From Nemertoderma westbladi (lineage: Eukaryota > Animalia > Xenacoelomorpha), in the NCBI GenBank assembly GCA_032718475.1, contig JAUCBJ010001285.1, forward strand, positions 1-48,837: a stretch of 48,837 bases of DNA, written 5' to 3'. Shown here piece after piece: positions 12,040 through 24,508 of this stretch. Position 1 is the first letter of the stretch; every line of letters begins with the position of its first letter. Below the pieces are notes generated by a model. That model did not search any database, was not told the DNA's origin, and saw nothing but the letters and a program-made list of their open reading frames with translations. The translations under genes and the position numbers were made by a program.

Positions 12040-13627
12040 CCCTATTAAACCCGGGGGGGGGGGGGGGGGGGGGTGTCAATATGACCCTCCCGTGGTTTTT
12101 TTTATTATAACTCTGAAACAAACACAGTTGGGAATCTGAAAATTTATGACTTTTCCTAAAAATCTATTGTCTTCCTAGTAGTGAAAACCGTTTTCAAAAA
12201 TATTGGGTAGTTTTCGAGTTATAGCACCATTTTTTAACCCAACTTTCGGCACTTTTTTTTGAGAATTTTTTTGAAAATTACATTTCATTAAATATGAATT
12301 GTAACATCTCTATTTTTGATTTACACCGGTTTTTTGGTGTTAGAAATTTGATGGAATTCATATAAATTGATTTAGAAATTTCAAACTTGTTTTTTTCGGC
12401 GGATGCCAAATTTTGGTGCCAGCACCAAATTTTGAAATATGTCAATTTTGTAAATTGATTGTTTGAAACTTGTTTTTTACGAAATAGGGGTTATTTGTGG
12501 TCCTGGTTTCGATAAAATATATACGAGTTGCACCAAGCGTATCAAACTTGTATTTTTCGGTGCGGTGTGCAAATTTTGGTGCTAGCACGAAATTTTGAAA
12601 ATCCATTCAATAGATAAAATTGCTTGTGACAATAAGTTTCTTGCGTTTTAGAGGTTAATGGCTGTTCTGAATTCAATGGAATATATAATTATCGAACTAG
12701 ACATCTCAAACTTGTATTTTTCGGAAGTGGGTGCAAAATGTGGTGCTAGCACAAAATTTTGAAAACCATAAATATATCAATTGATTGTGTTCACCTTGTT
12801 TCTTGCGTTATACGGGTTTGTGAGGGTTCTGAATTCAATGGAATCAATAAGAAATTTCATAAGAGTTTTCAAACTTGTATTTTTCGCCGGTGGGTGAAAA
12901 TTGTTGTGCCAGCACCAAATTTTTGAAAATAAGCAAATTGATCAAGTAGATAGTATCATCTTGTTTCTTGCGTTATACGGGTTTTTGAGGGTACTGAATC
13001 CGATGGAATCAATAAAAACAGCACTGGACATCGCAAACTTGTACTTTTTCGTGATGGGAACGAAATTTGGAGCTAGCACCAAAATTTGTCAAATTACGCC
13101 GAAAAATACAAGTAGCAATGATCTGGCATATTATAATTGTATTCCATTAGAATCAGCGCCCTAGAAAACCGGAAAATGTGAATTTATATCATCGTATAAG
13201 TGAATTAAAAATTTTGTATTCGAACTGAAAAGTGCTGGTTACTTGTTTTTTTTCGCTTTTTTTCCTACGCAGAGAGGACTAAACAGCCATTTATAGTAAT
13301 CATATCATTTTTAAATATTTTAAGTATTTTGCGCCCCAGAAAACATGTATTGAAAAACAATTAGCCGAAAAATGTAACTTTAAAATTTTGTGAAAATTGT
13401 GCACTACTTGTAATTTTGGTGCTGCAATATAACCACCCCAGTACATCTTTTCGAAAATTCCTTTTTTTCGGTCCTGATCCAGACTAGTGATACCTACGTA
13501 CAAACTAAAAATCAGATGTTTTCGTAAAAATTTGTAGATTTCAGAGGGGGGGGGGGGGGGGGGGGGGTCAATATGACCCCCTCCCCCCGGTATTTGCACA
13601 ACATTTTATAGCCCGGTACTAATAGGG
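12040..13627 (+). mobile_element. Full-length non-autonomous piggyBac-like element (1588 bp)
   Basis: TTAA on both sides. TIRs CCCTATTAaacCCGG / CCGGtacTAATAGGG. Poly-G near both ends, five ~163-bp internal repeats, no transposase. Confidence 0.88.
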
Positions 13628-15525
13628 TTAATCGAACAAAAGGCAGAACAAATAATATCGAACAATTTGCACCCTTTTAATATACACCCTTTGAATATGC
13701 ACCCTTTTACTAGGGGTTGGTGGCCGGTAGGGCGAAAAATCGGATCCTAGATTGCTAGAATAAATCTAGTCACCCTTGTATGTAGGTCTAATACTCACAA
13801 ATGCTGAGGGGTCTCCTTCGTATTTGGGATTCGATCGGGCATGCAAGGTGTTAGTAACTACGTCTGAATTCGGCACCCTTGTCCAGACTATAATTATGAA
13901 GGAGAGTGTCGTGCTGTTATTTACTACAGTACTGATAGCTAGTCAGGTTTCTTATCTAGAATTTTGCTACCAAGGTGTTACGGCGGTAGCTCCTATCAGT
14001 ACTTTGGCAAAGGACAAGGTAGTGTTAGTATAACCATCTAAACCTAATGATGTTGTAAGCCAAATAGCAGGAAACTGCCCTCTGCCTGGATAAAGTAAAC
14101 GAATTCAGGCAAAACAGCTGACATCCCTACAACCTACAAAACAATTTGGCACTAACGGGTTTGCTGCTAAAATAGCCACCAAATTACAGCTAACTACTCC
14201 CTTGGCCCCTATAGGAGTATGAAGGTCAACTGTGGTCTTTTCTGCCTGAACCAGAATATATATTATCCCTAAAATTTCATGGCGTCCCAGTACGTCACTA
14301 CCTTAGGCCTGGAGATCGAAGTTTCTTACAGTGAGACAGGAAGGCATCGAACGTGATCTTACCTGGGAGAGGGCGGACTCTAAATAGGTAAATAGGAGGT
14401 CCCCTAGTAGCACACCAACGTTCACGTCACGTTTAGAATAGTTCTAATAACGTGGATAACGTTGTTCTGATAACGTTCCAGCTGCATTCAGTGTACACGT
14501 TCATCTAGGAAGGGATTTGTCCCGCTCAAAAAATGTTGATTCGACGTCATCTTATAAACGTTAGATATTCGTTCTAAAATGGTCCGTTCAACTAATTATT
14601 TACCGAATTCCTTTGAACGGCTTAATATTGTTTTGAAAAGGTTCAATAATGCTTCCTTCCAACGTTCAGAACTGTTGGTTTGAACTGTGCTTAAACTAAA
14701 AGTGTAGTTCAAATATATAATTTCGAACCATTTTTTAACCACTGCTGAATAGCTGTCAATCATTCACTATTAAATGATAATATGGCAAAATGCCCCCCCC
14801 CCCCCCCCCCCTGGACAACTGACCACCGCTGTTAGTGTAACGATTTCTTTACTGCAGCAAAAGTAAATCAACCGAACATGAAAACAAACATATTTACTTG
14901 TTGAAATAACACCACTAGTTTATATTGAATATTACCACTACTTACTTTTATCACTAATATACCGAATTTACCGAATATGAGAAACATGGAAAGAATTCTA
15001 TCAAGGAGATAAATCAAATAGGAAATACATAATATCATCAAGGTATAAGTTAAATAGATCAGTAGATAGATAAGATAGATGGGGACCTAACAAGAGGACT
15101 GGGAGAGAGAAGGGCTAGAACGGAACCATGGGCTTGAGTGGACTGACAAGAGACAGCAGGGCAGTAGGTACCGGGAGTGCAGGAAAAGGGAAGGTCTGAA
15201 ACTGAAACTGAGACTATGTACTGAGGGACCAGTACAGTGGTCTGGTGGTAGAGGCATTAATTACCAGTGGTAACTGATATTGAACTGAATAACTATTATT
15301 ACTGATTTGGTGATTGTTATATTACTATAAATATTGCTGTATTGAAGTAATAGATAATTAACATGGGATGTGTAAATAACCCCTGGATAAATAACATTTC
15401 ACAATTGCATAAGCTAACCGGGCTGTGTAGAAGAAAAGACGTATGGTGAGATCAAAAATACTGTATAGACTAAACGGTGAAACCTGAACTATTGCTGTAC
15501 TTGACTAAAAATAAAGACCTGGAAA

Positions 15526-16479
15526 ATGGCTCCAAAGCTATCAGATTATGTAAAAAAGTACAATGGTGATGGAGATCCTCTAGAATGGTTGAGAATGTTC
15601 AATGATACATTTGATGTATTAATCATTGAGTCTGGGCTAAAGGAGGAATCTCGTGGGACATACTTACGGTTATCATTAGAGGGTCATGCCTATACCGTAG
15701 TAAGTCAACTATCTGACGACCAGAAAATGTATGTTGATAAAATTAACCGAGTTCTAGTGACTGCATTTTCAATGAACGAATATGCAGCCTATGACGATTT
15801 TAAGGAATGGAAGTTGAGAGACGGAGAATCAGTTGATGGGTTTTTAGCAGATACCCGGTGTCTTTTAAGCTTAGTTGTGGAAGATGTAGAATCGAAATGT
15901 GGACAGCAACTACTGGCGCACAATTTGTGAGTGGATTACCTGAAATTATTCAAAGTAAAGTAAAAGTATTAGCAGGGTCAAGAGACTTGACCAAATTATT
16001 GACTCAGGCAAGGCGGCTATTGTCAGAGCGTAAGGAATAGCTAGGGAATATTCCTGAATTTGGTGCTATGGGTACAAACAAGGACCTGTGAAGACCGAAA
16101 TGCAACTCGGGGTGGTGACACGAGCCTTCCACAACAATACCGAAAAATGGATGAGCCTTGGCGTAGGAACCTAAGCTATAGGAGCGTGCCTAAAAGTACA
16201 GCCTCAGGGAATAGTTGGAATGAAGTAGGCCTACCAGAGCAAATTCAATGTTTCCGCCGTCATCAGCCAGGCCACATGGCCCGCAATTGCCATGGAGTAA
16301 AAGAGAATGAGAAAACGATATCCTGCTTTAAATGTGGTGGTAGCGATCACTTAGCTAGAGGATGCATTGCAGCATTGGGATTCGGATTGGAGATTCAGCC
16401 TATTCATAATTCGGGAAATGGGCATGGGGAAGCAATGTTTGCGCCAGCGGATGTTTCCACAGACAAAGGATGTGGATGA
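15526..16479 (+). pseudogene. gag: gag with two zinc knuckles
   Basis: YNGDGDPLEWL; GESVDGFLAD; CFKCGGSDHLARGC plus a degenerate CFRRHQPGHMARNC. Frameshifts and stops. Confidence 0.85.
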
Positions 16480-19298
16480 AATAAACTAAATTCGCTAATC
16501 GACACTGGGTGTACTGTACTTGTAGTATTCTCTCAAAATCTGCTATCACAGGAATGAAAGGTATATTTCTAAAAGTAGATATACCTTCAAATATTACAAT
16601 GTTAGATGGATCTGTGACTGGGGAAATTAGTGGAATATTTACAACAGTATTATCAATTAATGGAGTCAAAGAAATCAGTTGGGAATTTATTGTAACAAAT
16701 CAAATTGCCGCAGATATGGAAATTGAAATAGGTTGGGATTTGATTAAAATTCTAATTGGAGTAAGTCTCAAAGTAAATGGAGAAGGAAGAGTGAAACTGG
16801 AAATTAAGTTTTATAGCCAAGATATAGAAATTGGGTTAATTGGTTGTAAAGTTAAAGAAACCCAGGTCAAACAAATGAGACCGGAAAATCAATTAATAAT
16901 TGCAAAAAGGGATTAAATAGTAAAGTTTGATGGGGAGAAGTGGGAAATTGTGTATCAGTTTGTAGAAAGTAGACCCCCTGACCAATTGAGTAATACAGTA
17001 GTATCCCATTATAAAATTGCACCAGACCTACAGGAACTATCATATTGGGGTTCAAGAGTGGATCAACAAGGAATGGCTGGTGGAAACCAGAGAAGCACCA
17101 GTTGGATTAATTCCGTTAATGGAAAACATGAGCCAAGGAAGGAGAGGGTCAGGCCCATAATGGACTTCCATGAACTAAATGAATATCTGGTAAAACAACC
17201 AGGGGCAGATGCAGCTGCATGCAATGAAAAACTCAGAAAGTGGATTCGAATGGGAGCTGATACTGCCATTATTGACTTAAAATGGGCTTACATGCAGGTT
17301 CATGTGGCCCCATCTCTATATCCCTACCAAACAGTAAAGTATAAAGGGAAATACTATCACATGGCATGTATGGGATTTGCTTTAAGCCCAGAACCAAAGA
17401 TATTAGATGAAATTTTTGAGGAGGTGCTGAATCAAGAGTCTAATATTAAAGAAGCTACAAGTTGTTTTCGCGATGATATATGTTAATAAGTGAAAGTTCC
17501 AGTTCAAGAGTTCCAGTTCAAGAGGTAAGAGAACACCTACGAAAGTATGGATTGGAATCGAAACCAGGAGTTGATGTGAAGAATGGGACATGGGTTTTGG
17601 GAGTATCTATTAATAATAACCACTGGAAGCTAGATGGGGAATTACTACAAACTTCAGAAGTTCCAGAAGAATTAACACACCACAAACTGTTGTCCATTGT
17701 AAGTCAACTAAGGGGGAATTTTCTTATAGCTAGTTGGCTCAGAGTATCACTGAGTTGGCTCCAGCAACAAGCAGCTAATAATGTTCCAATGGACAAGCAA
17801 ATTGACCAGGAACTTCGTGACTGCCTTATTGAAGTTATACAGAGAGTTCATGAGAGCGATCCAGTTCAGGGGTTTTGGCCTATTGCAAATATCAAATGTG
17901 GTGAGGTTTGGGCTGATGCCAGTAATATTGCAATTGTAGCGATATTGAAAATTAATGGCCAAATAGCAGAAGATGGAGCATGGTTAAGGCGCAGTTGTGA
18001 CCCAGAACATATAAATTCAGCTGAACTTAATGCAATAATTGAAGGGCTAAATATGGCCATAGGTTGGGGATTAACAAAGATTAACCTTTATACAGACTCC
18101 GTTGCTCTACATGGTTGGGTAAAGGCGATGCTATTCGATGAGCATAGACTGCATGAAAGAATGTTGATAAGCAGGTTGGAACTTATAAAATCAACAGTAG
18201 ATGAATACAAACTGGATGTAACAATAAACCTAATTTCCTCCACAAAAAAACTTGCTGACGAATTAACTAGAGTACCAAAGAATTGGCTGAGGAAAGCTGA
18301 GAGGATACCAGAAGATGTCATAATGGCCACTGGGGTCATACAAACAGATACACACACTGATCAAAACATATCAATAATGGAGCAAATAAGACAAAGAGTC
18401 GAAGAACTCCACAAATTAGCTCATGTTGGAAGTGAAAGACCAAAGCAACTTTGCCTTAAAGATCGTAAATTGTCAAGGGAACAAATCCCTGAACATATAA
18501 TTTGAGAAACAGTTAATAATTGCGAAGATTGCAAGTCTATTGATCAAACACCAATACGATTACCAAAGGGTAGTTGTAAAAGATTAGAAGCATGGGAAAC
18601 ACTATCAATAGACTTCACCGAAAATGAACCACATATATATTTTTCTATAATGGCCTATTCTGTTCATCCAGGTTTACAATCTGGCATCTAGTCCTTAATA
18701 AAGCCATACAAGGAGTATATACAAGTTATAACAAGTTATAAACAAACTTCAAAGTATATTTATTGAAAGGGGACTGTCAAATGAAATTATATCAGATAAT
18801 GTCCCATTCAATAGCCATGAATTCAAGCGATTTCTCGATAAATGGGATGTTCATCTACACTTAGCCTGTGCTTACCATCATCCCCAGGGAAACCCTGTAG
18901 AGCGCATGCATAGAACTGTGAAAGCATGGGCAGCACGTGCTAAGAAGGATCCTGTGGCTATAACGTTCCGGTATAACAGAACATCCACGAATAATGAACC
19001 AACACCTCTGGAATTAGTCATGAATAACCGCATCATAAAACTACCAGGGTTGAATTCAGTTCAAAATGTAAAATCAAAGTTCGCGATTGGTGATATGGTT
19101 TACGTAAAACCAGCACAAAAATGGCGTTGTACAAAACGCTGGAAAGGACCAAGTGCAATCGAAGAAATACCTGATGAGCGATCGGTGATAATCAAAGGGG
19201 TTAGAGGAGATTTGCAAGACATCAGAGCAGCATCAACTATTCCTCCACAAAACTCTAGTCAAAATAATTATACAAATAGACCAACACTCAAGAGATGA
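16480..19298 (+). pseudogene. pol: pol: protease, RT, RNase H, integrase
   Basis: LIDTGC (~16495); IDLKWAYMQ and FRDDI; WADAS, HINSAEL, YTDS, ADELTR; HKLAH..CEDC; ISDN; VERMHRTVK; WKGP. Multiple frameshifts. Confidence 0.9.
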
Positions 19299-19709
19299 AG
19301 ATAATGACATTGATAGAAGCTGTGAAGACAGTTACACAAATAAAACCACATTAGGGGTAGATGATATACCAAACGACGTTGGAAATGGAAACGATCATGG
19401 AAACAATTATACTAACACAAATAGTCTGGTTGAGGATATGGTAAGCGACCCACTATTATCTTCACAACAAACTGGAACTCACTATATCACTCGATCGGGC
19501 CGATCTTCAAAGCCACGATCTTCAATTGAACTATATAGTTCCTTTTATAGAACTAGGGGAGGTATAAAGCTGTTATATAAAAACTATAATTGCATGGGGA
19601 CATAACAGAGGACTGGGAGAGAGAAGGGCTAGAACGGTATGGCGTCTCTAATGGGTCAAAATATAAATGAATAAAAACCTCTATGAAACGATAAAAATGC
19701 CTCCATATT

Positions 19710-20150
19710 TGTTACTGCAGTAATAAATAATTGTTACTGCAGTAGAAATTATTAATTACTGCAGTAATAAATACAAATTATTTTTTACTGCAGTAAAAAA
19801 AAAAATATTTATTACTGCAGTAACAATCGTTTATTACTGCAGTAACAATCGTTTATTACTGCAGTAACAATCGTTTATTACTGCAGTAACAATCGTTTAT
19901 TACTGCAGTAATAATTATTTGCTACTGCAGTAACAAATATTTATTACTGCAGTAACAAATAATTATTACTGCAGTAACAAATAATTATTACTGAAGTAAT
20001 AAACAAAAAAAACTGCAGCAAACTTTTTACTGCAGTACGAAATAATTGTTACCGCAGTAAAAAAAAAATTATTTATTACTGCAGTAATAATTATTTGTTA
20101 CTGCAGTAATAATTATTCGTTAGTGCAGAAATATTTATTGCTGCAGTACT
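19710..20150. repeat. Left subterminal array of palindromic TTACTGCAGTAA units (~21-22 bp period)
   Basis: About 20 copies of ACTGCAGT or near variants with AT-rich spacers. Confidence 0.92.
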
Positions 20151-20819
20151 AAACTGTCATTTCATTGCCGATATAATTCAATTAATCTCCAATCAGAATC
20201 CGCAGTTATAAGGGCCACCCCAAACCGGGTTTAATTGGTTGTTATTCAGCATACAATTCCACCAATGAGTTTGGCCTACAATATGTAACGGTATAATAAG
20301 TGAACTGGTTCAGTGATATCTCCGAGCGGTTCAGCCTTTCGTTTTAGGTAGGACTACAGTAATGTACTGTAAAACTGTAGTAGGCCCAGTGTAAGTGCAG
20401 AAGTATCGTATATCCAAATCAACTACTGCAATGCAATTAGTATAGATTTACGTGGTACTTGCTACCTGGCATCCAGGTTAGTAGTTAAGTTGAGCCTGAT
20501 TCGCATTGGAATTTAAATGATAGGATATACTGTATTGTACTGTGGCAGAATTCCGCCATATTTATTTAAAAAAATATAAAAAGCAGGAATTTTTGGACGT
20601 CCAAAACTTAATTTACGGACGTCCAAAAACTAATTTATTGACGTCCAAAATTATTTTATTGTCTTCTAAAAATTATTGGAGGGAATTTCAAAGTAGTAAG
20701 ACAGTTAGTCATATTGCAGTAGGTACCTTTTACAATTTGTTCAGTAGGCCTACGTACCCTAAAAATTTCAGTTCTGGAGAGCTGGCCCTGGTACAGGTAT
20801 TTATTATTATTTATGTGAA

Positions 20820-21981
20820 ATGTCTGACATTAGTGATATTGAGTCGTATATTGTATAATCATTTTGGAATAACTTGCCCTACCAAAACATTATTGAAATA
20901 TTAAAAGTAAAATATGAAACTGGCATTTCCATGAGAACCTTTGAGCGTTATTTAAAGGATTTGAATTTGTCTCGAGTTTCACATTTTAGTCTGGTGGAAT
21001 ATGCAGAAGTTATTACTAGAATTATTCAATTTTTCTCAAGATCAACCTGAATGTGGTTACCGGCAAATTCAAAAGAAAATTTTAGCGAAATATAGTATCT
21101 TTTTATCAAAAGAAGAGGTTCGGAAAATTTTAGCTGTATTTAATCCCAGTTCTGTATTAGAGAGGAGGCAGTCCGTTGGACATCCACGAATTTATAGGAA
21201 TAAAGGCCCCAATTATACGTGGCATGGCGATGGCTGGGATAAGATGAAGCCGTATGGTATTTCTGTGCACGGTTGTGTAGACGGATATTCCCAAAAGCTT
21301 CTCTGTTTGGAAGCATCACCTAGTAACAAAGACCCATTTGTTATCGGCCATTATTACGTTGAGTGCATCAAAAAACTAGGTGGATTTCCTAGATGTCTGC
21401 GGACCGATTGAGGTACCGAAAATGTTCATTTGGAATCCAAGCAGTTGTTGTTGTCAATGCGCGAAAACTGTGCTGGTAATTGTCAGCCGTTTCTTTATGG
21501 AAAAAGTGCATTAAACCAACGTATATAATGTTTTTGGAGCAAAATTACTGTGCTCGGATTACAGTGTTTTATCGCACTTTCATAATATTGAAATCTCTGG
21601 AATAATTGATACGTCAAGCGACCTCCACATTCAATTGTCAAGATACGTTTTTATGCCTTATATACAATATTGTTTAGATGAAATATTGGCATTGTGGAAT
21701 ACCCACAGAATTCGGAAACCGAAACACGCATCGCTTTATTTACAACAACATTCCCAAGCTATCTGCAATGTATATCAGACAATACTGTGTATGCAACCAC
21801 AGGCGGAATATTTGCTACGATGCCCATACGATGTTTGCCTGAAGTTCAAGAATTCTGTGATAATGTGCTGGTGAACATGGAAGAGGAAGTACCCTCTCCA
21901 ACCCACACACTGAATCAACTTACAGACTGTTTCTGTTTATTAGCTGAAAAAGCCACACAGGCATTGGAAGATGTGCAATAA
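20820..21981 (+). pseudogene. IS3EU-like DDE transposase 1 (integrase-core fold, N-terminal HTH-like region)
   Basis: GISMRTFERYLKDL; GPNYTWHGDGWDKMKPYGISVHGCVDGYS; PRCLRTD*GTEN; NQRI* (the expected Glu codon is TAA); WNTHRIR. Confidence 0.85.
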
Positions 21982-22345
21982 AGTACCATATGAAAGCAAC
22001 CTAACATTGGACATCAATATGTATATATTAGTCTGTATTATACTACATATTATACTACATATACTACATATTATATTAACAATACTGGTAGAGTTATATT
22101 TGATTGATTATACTACCCTACTATTCGACATTTATATTAAATTATTATACGTGGGACCTTTGGACCAGGAGGGTGGTGGGGTTGGTTCCGACTGGTTTTT
22201 GAAAATTAAACATAGATATATGAATGGGATATATTGAAAACTATACAGGGGTACATAATTGAACTTTCAAAACAACTAGTGCCATTTCCACGAAATAATT
22301 ATAACAATTAACAAATACAAAACACAGTGTTACTATACGAGTATA

Positions 22346-22609
22346 TATGGTGTCTCAAAAGGATCAAAATCATAACAATTACTGCAGTACCTAAAATATT
22401 TAAATCACTCATGAAATATTTAAAAGATGAACGATTGTTATTGCGACAATAAATAATTATTAAATAATTGATAATTATTTATTGCCGCAATAATTATTTA
22501 TTTCCACAATAATTACTTATTGCCGCAATAATTATTTATTTCCGCAATAATTACTTATTGCCGCAACAACACATAATTGTTATGATTTTGATCTTTTTGC
22601 GAAGCCATA
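22346..22609. mobile_element. 264-bp MITE with TATGG...CCATA termini (IS3EU-like non-autonomous)
   Basis: ~36-bp TIR TATGG..TC.CAAAA.GATCAAAATCATAACAATTA. Internal TT(G/T)CCGCAA array. Flanks AGTATA / CGTATT match 4 of 6. Confidence 0.8.
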
Positions 22610-22629
22610 CGTATTTTCATGATACGACT

Positions 22630-22930
22630 TCAATAATTTCCAAATTCCCAAATAAATGAGTTTTCAAGTAAATTAAAGAGCTCTTGTTTCATATCACCAT
22701 ACAAACCATAGCTTTATGGCAGTTTTAAAATTGGTCCGCAAGTACTAGAGTCTATCACTCGACCTCCTCCAGTATTATTCTCGACAAACTCAACCCCTAT
22801 CTCATCACATATTAAAAGATCGGAACCAGTAATGAAACGAAATAACTTTTGCAGTTGATCAGTTTTCATTTTACGTAATAGGCGCTTTAGATATGTGGAT
22901 GTTAGATATGAAAACCCCTCCAACTCCAAA
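22630..22930 (-). pseudogene. HECT E3 ubiquitin ligase C-lobe remnant with catalytic Cys
   Basis: LQKLFRFITGSD...IGVEF...RVIDSSTCGPILKLP*SYGLYGDMKQELFNLL..W: the HECT F.TG and TC...L.LP.Y motifs, with one internal stop. Confidence 0.8.
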
Positions 22931-23260
22931 ATAACTGCAACACTGCAATAAAAAGCATGTAATTTTTGGATGTCCATAAATTAATTTTCAGTCGTCCAAA
23001 AATTCCTTGTTTTTTTATTTTTCTGCCTTATATTTCGCCTGACGAGGGCCAAGGAGGCCCTCGGTAATGACACCGGGGGTACACAGTGATGCAATCCAGG
23101 CGGAGCTAAGTCAGGCATCTGCCCCATATCATCTCCAATCACCATTATCTGCAATTTCTATTACCAGCACCGCATCTGACACTTTATATTCATCTGGTCC
23201 ATCTCAAACAGAAAGTCCTTCTGGGTCCTTCTGAGTCCTTCTGGCGACCTGACATCTTCT

Positions 23261-24500
23261 ATGAGGCGAGGTTTTGGATTTAGAAATCGGAGGCCTAGGA
23301 TGCAATCTGTACAAAGCCGCCCCAGAAGATCCCCTCAATTCGAGGAAACATGTGAACTTTGTATCTTGCGAAACCCGGAACCCAAGTTTGTAGATAATAA
23401 TACATATAACATCTGTCATCAAGCACACAATACTGAATTTTTTATCGACTGATACATTAAGTGAAATTTCCTTCAAACTGAGTGAGATTCTTAATAACTT
23501 ACATGCCACTAAATGTCAATATACGACTGACTATAAATTCGTAAACGTTTCAAGGTGGACTGTTATGAACTTTGATTTTTCCGGGGAAAACTTAAAAGTG
23601 GCATATCCCAGAGGGAGACCGGTTTATATACAGCTACTATATGATATACCACCAGAGCTGGGTGATAGCGGTAGGGAAAATAATAATGAGGAAATTCCGA
23701 CATCACTTGACCAATGGCATCAAGCTGAAAGTACTTACTTCATCAGACACGCAAAATGAAATTGTAATTCACGAGGAAGGTTCCACATCCTCAGAATATG
23801 AACGAGGTGAGTTACTATTATAACTACTCCATCCCAAACAGACCAAGAAGGACATACTTCAGAAACTTCACATTCTTTAATATTCACTGAATCAGACCAA
23901 GTACACACTGCATTATTTATAGGGATGAATAATAATATGGATGGCTCAACACTGTTATTACAAAATGTCAGAGTGTCACATGCTATAGAAACAATTTCGC
24001 TTCAACGTGGCCAAGAGTGGTTTCGGGGTTTACTATTTTTGAAGCATATGAAAAGGGACCCTTCTAAGCTGTTCTCTACAATTCATGTATCATACATTGA
24101 CGAAGAAGGTGTAGATTTGGGTGGACTACCCCGTGAATTTATGGCAGCATTGATGCAACAAATGAAAGTTGAGTATTTCGAGGAAGTTAACTCAGGTTTG
24201 CTCCCTAAACGTTCATTGTCATTACTGCAGATAGAGATTGCAGGAATGGCAATTGGCTATGTGTTGATGCAGGGAGGACCGAGATTTACACTAGCTAATC
24301 ACATATATAACTATTTATCTATTGGACTGGAAGCATTTCAAACATCTGGTTTAGTGGGAATTGAAGATATGACTAAAAACAGTCAATTTTATTTGGAAAA
24401 ATATGAAATCATCATGAAATCAATTTCAATCGCTAAAGTTTCTTACCAATAATGATGAGGTTGAAATACGGTTGGATGACTATTGATGATATAGGTATTT
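23261..24500 (+). pseudogene. HECT E3 ligase N-terminal region and N-lobe; C-lobe missing
   Basis: IHVSYIDEEGVDLGGLPREFMAALM (HECT E.G.D.GG..REF) and AGMAIGYVLMQGGP. Upstream frameshifted pieces include an acidic linker. 5' boundary uncertain. Confidence 0.8.
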
Positions 24501-24508
24501 TGAAAGTT

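Larger units (their letters stand above)
15079..19637 (+). mobile_element. Decayed Gypsy/Metaviridae LTR retrotransposon
   Basis: Gag-PR-RT-RH-INT order. Polypurine tract at 19555-19562. Direct repeat 15079-15123 matches 19594-19637 (LTR piece). True LTR ends and PBS not resolved. Confidence 0.9.
20541..23030. mobile_element. Inner IS3EU-like transposon (transposase on +, HECT C-lobe on -), internally deleted
   Basis: Termini TGTGGCAGAA / TTCTGCCTTA. AGGAATTTTTGGACG...TTAATTTA.GGAC.TCCAAAAA at 20585-20630 is inverted at 22962-23007. No TSD visible. Confidence 0.65.

Noticed and set aside
13690-14760. Coding or classified element upstream of the Gypsy (ORF 13776-14033; AACGTT-rich block from 14401)
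   Set aside because: No protein motifs, paired termini or TSD found; left unclassified.
23038-23063. Hammerhead-like CTGACGA-GGGCC-AAGGA-GGCCC
   Set aside because: Good hairpin but no following GAAA box.
22630-24500. A single host HECT gene
   Set aside because: The N-lobe and C-lobe are on opposite strands, point away from each other and are separated by a TIR. A local inversion is not fully excluded.
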